Source of the DNA: Parabacteroides pacaensis
Lineage (GTDB): Bacteria; Bacteroidota; Bacteroidia; Bacteroidales; Tannerellaceae
DNA length: 64,000 nucleotides
Direction: 5' to 3'
Assembly (NCBI RefSeq): GCF_900292045.1
Contig: NZ_OLMS01000003.1
Span: forward strand, 189,570-253,569
Part shown: positions 55,937 to 64,000 of the stretch, piece by piece
Numbering within the stretch: position 1 is the stretch's first letter
Layout: every line of letters begins with the position of its first letter
Program-made: the position numbers and the translations under genes
Notes under the pieces: generated by a model
What the model was told of the DNA's origin: nothing
Database searches by the model: none
What the model saw: the letters and a program-made list of their open reading frames with translations, nothing else

Positions 55937-58063
55937 ATGAAGAACAAACAATTCAATTCTACCCTTTCCCTTTCTTCCCGTAAAATAAGAACATCCCTTA
56001 TCCTGATGTTCCTGTCCATCCTTTATGCGGCAGGACAGACTACCCTATCCATGCCCCGACACCTCCCCCCGGTAGAACAATGGATCGAAACACACTTTGC
56101 AGAAAACAAAATACCTCCCTTTTCTTTTCACTTGGACGGGGAAGCCTCCGGAAGCTTTATCAAACAATGGGAGTATACTGCTGAAAAACAACCCGCAGGC
56201 GAACCCGGCGTAGTAAAATATAAATTTACCTACACCCATCCGGCAAATAAGCTCACCGTAACATGCACGGTAAAAGGCTACCCCCTTTATCATGCCGTGG
56301 AATGGGTCTTGCATTTTACCAACGAAAACACCGCCGATTCACCCATTATAGAAAACGTAAATGCCTGCAACCTATCTTTGCAATATCCCGCGAAAGGCAA
56401 TTTCAACCTCCACTATTCGGAAGGAAGCCACATCACCCGATATGATTTCCATCCCCGTTCCGTCCGGTTAATACAAGGTGAAGCGAAACAGATGAGCCCC
56501 GAAGGAGGCCGTTCGTCACAAGGAAACTACCTCCCCTTCTTTAACATCGAATCGCCGGCCGGACAGGGCGTGGTGCTAAGTGTGGGATGGACCGGAACCT
56601 GGCAGGCGACCCTGAAGGCGGAAAACGAAAATACGGTAACCCTCACTGCCGGCATGAAGCGGATGCAAACCTTCCTCTATCCCGGCGAAACCATACGTAC
56701 CCCTAGCATCAGCCTTCTTTTTTGGGAAGGAAAAGACCGGATGGACGGCCATAACCAATTCCGACGTTTTGTATTAGCACACAATACAAGAAAGATAAAC
56801 GGGAACCCCGCACGCTACCCGCTGTCCGGCGGATTTAATTACCGCGATCCCGCCCCTTGCGGCGAATACTCCTGCATTACCGCCGATTACGCCATCGCCA
56901 TGGTAAAAAGATACATCCAATTCGGGCTGAAGCCGGAAGTCTTCTGGCTGGATGCAGGTTGGCATACCGATGCCTCCGATTTTGAACACGGCAAATCCTG
57001 GGCTACCACCACCGGGAATTGGACGGTCGACACCTTACGCTTCCCGGAAGGCTTGCGGCCTGTTGCCGACGTGATCCACCAGGCGGGAGCCAAGTTTATG
57101 GTCTGGTTCGAACCCGAGCGCGTAGTAAAAGGCACGCAGTGGGCCGTGGAATTTCCCGAATGGATGCTCGAAAAGCCCCTGCAAGGCGACCCGAACCGGG
57201 AAGACAACACCTGGCTTTTGTTTGACCTGGGCAACCCGGAAGCCTGCCGGTGGCTATCGGAATATATAGGCGACATGCTGGAAGAAAACGGCATCGACTA
57301 TTACCGGCAAGATTGTAACATAGAGCCTGCCCTCTATTGGGAAGCCAACGACGAACCCGTGCGTACCGGCATGAAAGAAATCCGGTATGTAGAAGGGCTC
57401 TACCGCTTCTGGGATTACCTGCTGGAACGTTTCCCTAACCTGCTTATCGACAACTGTGCCAGCGGCGGACGTCGAATCGACTGGGAAACCACCGGAAGAA
57501 GTGCTCCCTTATGGCGCAGCGATTATTACCACCACTACGATACCGACGGGTTGCAAAGCCAGACCTACGGGCTGGAGCTTTTCCTGCCCATACACGGCAC
57601 GGGAAGCCTCCATACCGACCGTTATTCCTTCCGTTCCAGCATGAGCTCCGCCCTGATCTATAATTGGAAAGTAACCGATCCCCAGGCATCCATCCCCGAA
57701 ATGCAAAGTTGCTTGAAAGAGTTCCATGCCGTCCGACCTTATTATTATGAAGACTATTACCCCCTTACTGGCACTGGTGATATTACGCGGTCCGATATTT
57801 GGCTGGCTTACCAGTTACACCGCCCCTCGGACGATAGCGGCATCGTGGTAGCCTTCCGCCGCCCCCAATCCGGAGAAAAAGAAATCAACGTCAGTCTCCG
57901 CGGAATAAGTACCCGCAAAGAATACGAAATAACTAATCCGGATACCGGGGAAACCATCCGCCTCACAGGTAAGGAACTGGCAGAGAAGATGACCTTGCGG
58001 CTCGAACAGCCCCGTTCGTCGCTCTTATTGAAATATAAACCCGTTAATACCATACAGAAATGA
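55937..58063 (+). CDS. GH36-like (clan GH-D) glycoside hydrolase, putative alpha-galactosidase-type enzyme
   Basis: It has a signal peptide. Motifs are FWLDAGW (compare GH36 vlDDGW), YYRQDCN (the nucleophile Asp context) and DNCASGGRRID (compare GH36 SCSGGGGR). It is paralogous to the first ~690 aa of the next gene. Confidence 0.6.
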   Translation: MKNKQFNSTLSLSSRKIRTSLILMFLSILYAAGQTTLSMPRHLPPVEQWIETHFAENKIPPFSFHLDGEASGSFIKQWEYTAEKQPAGEPGVVKYKFTYTHPANKLTVTCTVKGYPLYHAVEWVLHFTNENTADSPIIENVNACNLSLQYPAKGNFNLHYSEGSHITRYDFHPRSVRLIQGEAKQMSPEGGRSSQGNYLPFFNIESPAGQGVVLSVGWTGTWQATLKAENENTVTLTAGMKRMQTFLYPGETIRTPSISLLFWEGKDRMDGHNQFRRFVLAHNTRKINGNPARYPLSGGFNYRDPAPCGEYSCITADYAIAMVKRYIQFGLKPEVFWLDAGWHTDASDFEHGKSWATTTGNWTVDTLRFPEGLRPVADVIHQAGAKFMVWFEPERVVKGTQWAVEFPEWMLEKPLQGDPNREDNTWLLFDLGNPEACRWLSEYIGDMLEENGIDYYRQDCNIEPALYWEANDEPVRTGMKEIRYVEGLYRFWDYLLERFPNLLIDNCASGGRRIDWETTGRSAPLWRSDYYHHYDTDGLQSQTYGLELFLPIHGTGSLHTDRYSFRSSMSSALIYNWKVTDPQASIPEMQSCLKEFHAVRPYYYEDYYPLTGTGDITRSDIWLAYQLHRPSDDSGIVVAFRRPQSGEKEINVSLRGISTRKEYEITNPDTGETIRLTGKELAEKMTLRLEQPRSSLLLKYKPVNTIQK

Positions 58064-61000
58064 AAAGAAAGCTATTGTATCTTATCTTGATCCTCATCGC
58101 CTGTCCCAGACTAGGCATAGGGCAAGCCGTTACCCTGATGGGAAAACAACCGGTAGATGCCGGACGTTGGATCACCACGCATTTTGCCAAAGGAACCCTT
58201 CCCCCTTTTTCGTTTGAATACGGAGGAAAACCCTCCCAAGAATTTATCCGCAATTGGATCTATTCGGCGGAACCGCTGGAAAGTAATGACCCCGGCGAAC
58301 TCAAGTACCGCTACACCTACCGCGATCCCGCCGGAAGTCTCCGGGTAGAGTGCGAGGTGAAAGGATTTACCGCCTCGCATGCGGTGGAATGGGTACTCCG
58401 TTTTACCAACACCGGGACAGCCAATACCCCCGAAATAGCGAATGTCTGCGTTTCCGACATGGTTCTCCGGTACGACCAGCCGGGCAAGTTCAACCTTCAT
58501 TATGCTAAGGGGAGCTCTGCCTCCAAGGCAGACTTTGCCCCCCAGTTGAAAGTACTGGATTCCGGGGAAAACCTGTACATGCAGCCTCACGGCGGGCGTT
58601 CGTCGGATGCCGCTTTTCCGTTCTTCAACATAGAATCACCCTGCAAGCAAGGCGTGGTAGTCGGTATCGGGTGGACGGGAACCTGGTTTTCCGATGTCCG
58701 TTGTACCGACGGGCAAAGCGTCTGCCTGAAAACCGGTATCGAACGCCTCAAAGCTTACTTATATCCTCAGGAAACCATCCGTACCTCAAGTGTTTGCCTG
58801 CTGTTCTGGCAAGGTGACGACCGCATGGCGGGGCACAATGAATTCCGCCGTTTCATCCTGGCCCACCATACCCGTAAAATCGACGGAAAGCCTACCCGTT
58901 ATCCCTTCTGCAAAGGATTCAACTACGGCGACCCGGCTCCTTGCAACGAATATACCTGCCTTACTGCCGACTATGCTATCGCACTTGTGAAAAGGTACAA
59001 GCAATTCAAACTCTTGCCCGAAGTCTTTTGGCTGGATGCCGGCTGGTACGACCAGGCTGCCGATGTAGCGAACCACAAGAATTGGGCCAATACGGTAGGA
59101 AACTGGACTGTAGACTCGATCCGTTTCCCGGAGGGATTAAAGCCGGTTGCCGACGAAATCCATAAAGTAGGCTCCAAGTTCATGGTTTGGTTCGAACCGG
59201 AAAGGGTCTATTACGGCTCGGCATGGGCTACCGAACATCCGGAATGGATGCTGGAACGACCCGGAGCGGACGCTTGCCTGGTCAACTTGGGAAATCCGGA
59301 GGCACGCCAATGGATGAGTAAATATATAGGCGACTTTATGGAGGCGAACGGCATTGATTATTACCGCCAGGACTTCAACATCGAGCCTGCCGGCTTTTGG
59401 GAGGCAAACGACGAACCGGGACGGCAAGGAATCTGTGAAATCAAATACATCGAAGGCTTGTATGCTTTCTGGGATTACCTGCTGGAACGTTTCCCCTATG
59501 CGTTAATAGACAATTGCGCCAGTGGCGGACGCCGTCTCGACCTGGAAACTACCTCCCGCAGTGCCCCTCTGTGGAGGACGGACTACAGTTACGGCGAACC
59601 GGACGGTTACCAGTGCCATACCTACGGGCTGAATTTCTATTTGCCGATGCACGGAACCGGCGTGTGGGGCGTTGACAAATATACATGCCGTTCCAGCTTG
59701 AGTTCTGCCGTGACGTTCAACTGGAAAGTAACCCAGCCGGGTGTTTCTATCTATGACATGCGCGACCGGCAGGCGGAGTTTGAAGAGCTGCGCCCTTACT
59801 TCCTGGAAGATTATTATCCTTTGAGCGGGACAGATAATACTACCGGCGACGATACGTGGCTGGCTTATCAGTTGTACCGCAAGTCGGACCAGAGCGGATA
59901 TATCGTTGCCTTCCGCCGGAAGAACTGTCCGGATAAAGACTATACGGTAAAGCTGTCGGGACTGGAACCGGATAAAACCTACCTTCTTATCCACAAAGAT
60001 ACCGGCGATTCGATAAAAATGAGCGGCAAAGAACTTTCGGAAGGACTTTTGCTGACGCTGGATGAACCGCGAAGCAGCCTCATCATCCGCTACCAGGGTA
60101 ACCTGTCCGCCCCCGTGCATAAACTCTCCGTAGGAGAAAAAACAGGCGTGGAAGTCCAGGCGTTGGGAGCGGAGTTCGATCCGCATTTCCTCTCGCAAAA
60201 TGTGACACGTAACGACGGAGCCAAAGAAAAAGACTGGAAGAACATCATCGAGAAACGGGTCAAGGAAATGGGAATCCACCGTTTCCGTGTCATGGTACTG
60301 CCGCAATGGTACGAGCCGGAAAACGACAACGACGATCCGGAGATGATAAATTGGGACAAGTTCACCTTCGATTCCCCCGAAATGCAATCGCTTTACCGGG
60401 AGTTGGATTTGGCCCAACAACAAAACATAGAAGTTACTTTAACCCTGTGGGGTGCGCCTATCCGTCATTTCCTGGCAGGAAAAAACGGTGGGAACTGGGT
60501 GGTAGCTCCTGCCGACAATCAGGAATGGAGCGAAAACTTTTCCGCCCTGGTTCAATACCTGATAAAGAAGAAAGGGTATACGTGTATCAAAGAGATCACT
60601 CCGGTGAATGAGCCGGACTGGTCGTTCCTGGTCAACGGGAAAAGAGCTTCTACCGCAAAATATATCGAAATGTGCAAAGCCCTGGATCGTCGGTTTAAGA
60701 AAGACGGTATCCGGGATCAGGTACGTTTCAGCTTGTCCGATAATTCCGACGGAGGGTCGGGGACCCATAAATACCTGGCTGCTTGTACGCGGGAACTTCC
60801 CCAAGTAGCGGATGTGTTTAACTCCCATACTTACATCTTCGGGTACGAAACGCCCAATTCTACCATATTGGATTGGGAAAGGCAGAACTACGAACTGTCA
60901 CGTTCTGCCGGCAAACCTCATTTCGTAGGCGAATTCGGCGGAAACCAATGTGTGGGAGCTACCCGGCAGAAAGACATCAACTTGTACGAACGCGGCGTGT

Positions 61001-61536
61001 TGATGGCACGAATTACCGTTAACCTGTTGAATGCCGGGGCAAGCGGGGTCAGCTACTGGAGCCTGATAGACCAGTATTACGGCAAGAACGACAGTTACGA
61101 AGGAATGCAGCAATTGGGCTTGTGGAAATATGTCAAGAATGCCTATGCACAAGATACGAGCTATACGGATATGAAATGCGACTATGAAGTCCGTCCCCAA
61201 TACTTTGCTTACTCCTTGCTGACCCGTTTTATCCGTCCCGGAGCCGAAGTGTATCCGATCTCGACCCCCGAAGAGTTTTATGCCGGTACGGCTATTAAAA
61301 ACAAAGACGGGAAGTGGGTGTATGTCTTTGCCAATGCAACGGGCACGGAAAAAAAGATCGGGCTTAGCAACCCGTATGTCCAAGGCAACAGCAGCTATAA
61401 AGTTTACAAGTACACGCAAGATGCCCTGCCGAAAGGGGACAAACAAATCTCTCCGGAGAAACGGCCCTTGAAAGTAGAAAATGAAGTATTCTATACCTTA
61501 CCGGCCAATTCGGTAATCCTCCTGAAAGAAGAATAA
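58060..61536 (+). CDS. Two-domain glycoside hydrolase: an N-terminal GH36-like domain paralogous to the upstream gene, plus a C-terminal clan GH-A (GH5/GH30-like) TIM-barrel domain
   Basis: The N-terminal ~690 aa align block by block with 55937-58063. The C-terminal domain has the NEP acid/base motif (EITPVNEPDWSF) and a GEFG nucleophile motif (HFVGEFGGNQ). It overlaps the upstream stop by 4 nt. Confidence 0.6.
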   Translation: MKRKLLYLILILIACPRLGIGQAVTLMGKQPVDAGRWITTHFAKGTLPPFSFEYGGKPSQEFIRNWIYSAEPLESNDPGELKYRYTYRDPAGSLRVECEVKGFTASHAVEWVLRFTNTGTANTPEIANVCVSDMVLRYDQPGKFNLHYAKGSSASKADFAPQLKVLDSGENLYMQPHGGRSSDAAFPFFNIESPCKQGVVVGIGWTGTWFSDVRCTDGQSVCLKTGIERLKAYLYPQETIRTSSVCLLFWQGDDRMAGHNEFRRFILAHHTRKIDGKPTRYPFCKGFNYGDPAPCNEYTCLTADYAIALVKRYKQFKLLPEVFWLDAGWYDQAADVANHKNWANTVGNWTVDSIRFPEGLKPVADEIHKVGSKFMVWFEPERVYYGSAWATEHPEWMLERPGADACLVNLGNPEARQWMSKYIGDFMEANGIDYYRQDFNIEPAGFWEANDEPGRQGICEIKYIEGLYAFWDYLLERFPYALIDNCASGGRRLDLETTSRSAPLWRTDYSYGEPDGYQCHTYGLNFYLPMHGTGVWGVDKYTCRSSLSSAVTFNWKVTQPGVSIYDMRDRQAEFEELRPYFLEDYYPLSGTDNTTGDDTWLAYQLYRKSDQSGYIVAFRRKNCPDKDYTVKLSGLEPDKTYLLIHKDTGDSIKMSGKELSEGLLLTLDEPRSSLIIRYQGNLSAPVHKLSVGEKTGVEVQALGAEFDPHFLSQNVTRNDGAKEKDWKNIIEKRVKEMGIHRFRVMVLPQWYEPENDNDDPEMINWDKFTFDSPEMQSLYRELDLAQQQNIEVTLTLWGAPIRHFLAGKNGGNWVVAPADNQEWSENFSALVQYLIKKKGYTCIKEITPVNEPDWSFLVNGKRASTAKYIEMCKALDRRFKKDGIRDQVRFSLSDNSDGGSGTHKYLAACTRELPQVADVFNSHTYIFGYETPNSTILDWERQNYELSRSAGKPHFVGEFGGNQCVGATRQKDINLYERGVLMARITVNLLNAGASGVSYWSLIDQYYGKNDSYEGMQQLGLWKYVKNAYAQDTSYTDMKCDYEVRPQYFAYSLLTRFIRPGAEVYPISTPEEFYAGTAIKNKDGKWVYVFANATGTEKKIGLSNPYVQGNSSYKVYKYTQDALPKGDKQISPEKRPLKVENEVFYTLPANSVILLKEE

Positions 61537-61549
61537 CCGCCGGTAAAGA

Positions 61550-61760
61550 CGTCTCTGTCATCCCGCGCTTGACGCGGGATCTCCGATCGACGAAAGGCGT
61601 CCTTCCGGCAGGGAGATGGCGGGTCGTCGCCCGCCATGACAGGGGGTGGCAAATGGGCTCCGAGAGAAAGAGGGGTTGGCGAATAGGCTCCGGGAGAAAG
61701 AGATATAGGAGAATGGATTCCAAGGGAAAGAGGCGTGGGCAAATGGGCTCCGGGGAAGGT
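61550..61760. repeat. Copy of the composite hairpin repeat followed by tandem ~30-nt GGCAAATGGGCTCCGRGAGAAAGAG units
   Basis: It contains GTCATCCCGCGCTTGACGCGGGATCTCCGATCGACGAAAGGCG...GGGAGATGGCGGGTCGTCGCCCGCCATGACAGGGGGTGGCAAATGGGCTCC, matching 38890-39010. Confidence 0.65.
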
Positions 61761-61765
61761 AAATT

Positions 61766-63331
61766 TTACGTAGGGCTTTTAGGATCATTCTGGGAAGTAG
61801 CCGGCCTTTTATCTTGGGAAGTAGCCGGCCCTTTATCCTGGGAAGCAGTTGTTCCTTCGTTCCGGGAAGAAGAAGCCGGACTTGCTGCCGGCTTTTCATC
61901 TTGTGTGTCGGAAGAGGCAGGCGCGTCGGATGCAGCCGTATTTTTAGATGTACCCTGCGAAACCGAACGAAGCGTATGCCAAGGCACTCCGCTAATCTGG
62001 CTAATCCGTTCGGTAATATTTCCTTCCCCTTCGATAATAGCACTATTTATATCGTCACGTGAAGAAGCATTCTGGAAAGCATACAACCCGAATTCCGGCA
62101 ACACAGCTACAAAATGCTCCATAATTTCAGATTGGATAGACTCATAACTCGGCCAGTTCTTATTTGCGGAAAAGCAATAAATTTGTAAAGGAATCCCATT
62201 ATCGTTAGGAGGCAACGTACGAACCATCAACAAAAGATCGCGGTTAATAAACGGATGCTTTTGCAAGTACAAAGTCATATAAGCACGGAATAGTCCCAAA
62301 TTAGTCTCAATCGTGCCGTTTACCAACCCGTTGGGGTTATCCGTATTCACCACTTTCCCTTCCGCCTGTTCTTGCTGTTTCCGGGTGATATAATCTTGCA
62401 AGATATCGAATTTCTTCATTTCTTCCAAAAATTCCGGTGTACACTCCTGGATCGTGCCAGTCTCGATCGTATAAGAACGCATAATGCGCCGTCCTCCCGA
62501 TTCAACCATCCCCCGCCAGTTAGTAAACGAACCGGAAATCAAGGAATAAGGAGGAATGGTTACAATCGTATTGTCGAAATTCTGCACTTTAACCGTATTC
62601 AACGTAATATCCATCACAATACCGTTCACGCCGTTCGAAGGCATCTCTATCCAGTCGCCGATATGAATCATGTCATTTTCGGCCAGTAATACCCCCGCAA
62701 CAAACCCCAGGATACTATCCCGGAAGATCAGCAAAAGCAATGCGGCAAAAGCACCCAGGCCTGTAAGAAGGTTGGTTGGCGACTTGTTTACCAGAACCGA
62801 TATGATGACGATAGCAGCCATAAAGATAAAAAATACCTGTACGATCTGTATCACCCCCTTCATCGGACGGTCGCGTAAAGCCTGGTTTTTATGAATTACA
62901 GTCTCACCTACAGCCGACAGCATCGTGTTGATGGCAATCAAAAAAACGATGATAAAATAAATCCACGTAATCTTCTGTGCGATATTCAGGAATCGGGGAT
63001 CGTTTTCAAAAGCAAACGGCAAAAGGCTGATGATGATAAGGGGAGGGATCAGGCGGGCTATTTTCCGGATTACTTTCCGTTCAATCAGGATATCCAGTAT
63101 GGTGACGTTCCTATATTTGCGAATTTTATTAACAAAGTAAACCAGTATTCCATGCACAGCTTTCCCTATGAAAAATGCGATGGTTAATATCAGCAGGAGA
63201 TAAATTACTCCGTCTAACTGTTCTACCGCATGAGGATTGATGCCGAGGGAGGTAAGGAGATCTTTAATCCATCTCAATAACCCGTCGGCAAATTTATCCG
63301 TGTCATTCTTCATAAGTTCCGGTGTATCCAT
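61766..63331 (-). CDS. MscS-family mechanosensitive channel with an extended N-terminal membrane domain and a low-complexity Ser/Thr/Pro/Ala-rich C-terminal tail
   Basis: The MscS TM3 and beta-domain signature is present (LLLIFRDSILGFVAGVLLAENDMIHIGDWIEMPSNGVNGIVMDITLNTVKVQNFDNTIVTIPP). The tail repeats KGPATSQDKRPATSQ, encoded by a 24-nt DNA tandem repeat. Confidence 0.8.
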   Translation of the reverse strand: MDTPELMKNDTDKFADGLLRWIKDLLTSLGINPHAVEQLDGVIYLLLILTIAFFIGKAVHGILVYFVNKIRKYRNVTILDILIERKVIRKIARLIPPLIIISLLPFAFENDPRFLNIAQKITWIYFIIVFLIAINTMLSAVGETVIHKNQALRDRPMKGVIQIVQVFFIFMAAIVIISVLVNKSPTNLLTGLGAFAALLLLIFRDSILGFVAGVLLAENDMIHIGDWIEMPSNGVNGIVMDITLNTVKVQNFDNTIVTIPPYSLISGSFTNWRGMVESGGRRIMRSYTIETGTIQECTPEFLEEMKKFDILQDYITRKQQEQAEGKVVNTDNPNGLVNGTIETNLGLFRAYMTLYLQKHPFINRDLLLMVRTLPPNDNGIPLQIYCFSANKNWPSYESIQSEIMEHFVAVLPEFGLYAFQNASSRDDINSAIIEGEGNITERISQISGVPWHTLRSVSQGTSKNTAASDAPASSDTQDEKPAASPASSSRNEGTTASQDKGPATSQDKRPATSQNDPKSPT

Positions 63332-63569
63332 ATCTATACAACCAACGGGAAGGGGTTTGGTTCAATCCGAAGTGTTGTCATATAAGATATTTTTTGATTA
63401 TCCTTCAGCGATACGGCATGCTATGCTATAAACGGGATATAGCCGAATGTAGCTTTGTATAGCCTTTTATAAATGATTGAAGAGAGTATGCGTTTTCGGG
63501 AGAAGAAAATGTACCGTCAGCGAATAGGACGATTGGTACTTGCAAGCCACACTGGAATGAGGAAAGTGA

Positions 63570-63740
63570 GGAGATTACTGTGTGGATAGTAGGGACAATA
63601 CCATGTAAGAGGTAGGGAGAATACTGTGTTACCTGTCCCCACACAGTAATCTCCCTACCTGCTACACAGTAATCTAACCACCTATTACACAGTAATCTCC
63701 CTACCACATACCTGGTAATCTCCTTACGGTCTACACAATA
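63570..63740. repeat. Second array of the 23-nt ACACAGTAATCTCCCTACC-type repeats, with an inverted leading block
   Basis: The stretch GAGATTACTGTGT GGATAGTAGGGA...GGGAGAATACTGTGT TACCTGTCCCC ACACAGTAATCTCCCTACCTGCT ACACAGTAATCTAACCACCTATT ACACAGTAATCTCCCTACCACAT ACCTGGTAATCTCCTTACGGTCT ACACAATATGG is readable directly. Confidence 0.65.
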
Positions 63741-63850
63741 TGGTTACTGAAAAAATAGGGCTTTGAGCCATAGCCCGGCACGGAAACTGCCGTTTTTCTT
63801 CTTTACGAGCTAAACATGAATGAAATGAAAGATATAAACCGGCTATAAAA

Positions 63851-64000
63851 TGGGTGGGGGATGGTGGGGGATAAATGTAATTTTGAAAACTATAGAAATA
63901 AGGATGATGATATATATATTTCCTATAGTATATATATAATATATCATCATCCTATTTTATAAAAGATAGAAAAACGTATTTATCCCCCACTATCCCCCAC
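63851..64000. mobile_element. Inverted-repeat-flanked element with terminal repeats TGGGTGGGGGATGGTGGGGGATAAAT / ATTTATCCCCCACTATCCCCCAC and an internal AT-rich perfect palindrome. It is related to the element at 7187-7417 and may be truncated by the window end.
   Basis: The ~25-bp terminal repeats match except at one position. The internal palindrome is AGGATGATGATATATATA...TATATCATCATCCT. Confidence 0.4.

Noticed and set aside
63781-63850. Possible tRNA or ncRNA in AAACATGAATGAAATGAAAGATATAAACCGGCTATAAAATGG
   Set aside because: No cloverleaf or conserved structure is recognisable. It is an AT-rich spacer adjacent to the inverted-repeat-flanked element.

Overview
This window looks like a chromosomal segment from a Bacteroidales (Bacteroidota) genome. 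The evidence is the SusC/SusD pairs, the ECF-sigma/FecR/STN-SusC signalling cassette, the lipobox lipoproteins and the AT-rich intergenic regions. Gene order across the window is as follows.

- A partial D-2-hydroxyacid dehydrogenase (C-terminal end) and a TolB-like beta-propeller protein.
- A minus-strand operon (1849-5428): polytopic membrane protein, a small Cys-containing secreted protein with a degenerate NVEALA-like motif, a BF3164-like beta-propeller lipoprotein and a membrane-anchored thioredoxin-like protein with a CSLC motif.
- A secreted aspartyl protease with two DTG motifs.
- Two tandem BF3164-like lipoprotein paralogs whose 5' ends are nearly identical.
- Two tandem tRNA-Asn(GTT) genes.
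- A PfkB kinase and an S41 C-terminal processing protease.
- PUL 1: ECF sigma, FecR anti-sigma, STN-SusC, SusD, DUF4959-like, DUF4998-like, and a 999-aa TAT-signal protein with two FAD-binding domains.
- A three-gene island (26404-29569) of unknown function, described below.
- Housekeeping and sugar-acid genes: typA, rpsO, eda, kdgK, an AraC regulator, BlaI with BlaR1-TonB, and a TPR protein.
- Flotillin with NfeD, and a higBA toxin-antitoxin pair.
- PUL 2: a LacI-regulated locus with GH78, GH2, a ROK kinase, a SIS isomerase and a SusC/SusD pair.
- Two paralogous GH36-like enzymes (alpha-galactosidase-like fold), the second fused to a GH5-like domain.
- An MscS channel on the minus strand.

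The most unusual locus is the island at 26404-29569. Its first gene encodes a cytoplasmic glycosyltransferase that resembles the GT32 family. Its second gene encodes a cytoplasmic protein with 11 consecutive Cys-Gly dipeptides followed by (DWG)x3 and mixed CG/SG repeats. The repeat codons vary freely at synonymous positions, which points to selection on the protein sequence rather than DNA slippage. That repeat block is fused to a C-terminal papain-like peptidase domain. The third gene encodes a signal-peptide protein.

The window also carries several dispersed intergenic repeat families. One is a composite hairpin element with the core CCACCTCTGTCATCCCGCGCTTGACGCGGGATCTCC, present at four or more loci. 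A second is a set of 23-nt ACACAGTAATCTCCCTACC-type repeat arrays arranged in inverted blocks at two loci. A third is a ~150-230 bp element flanked by GGGTGGGG(G)ATAAAT terminal inverted repeats, at two loci.
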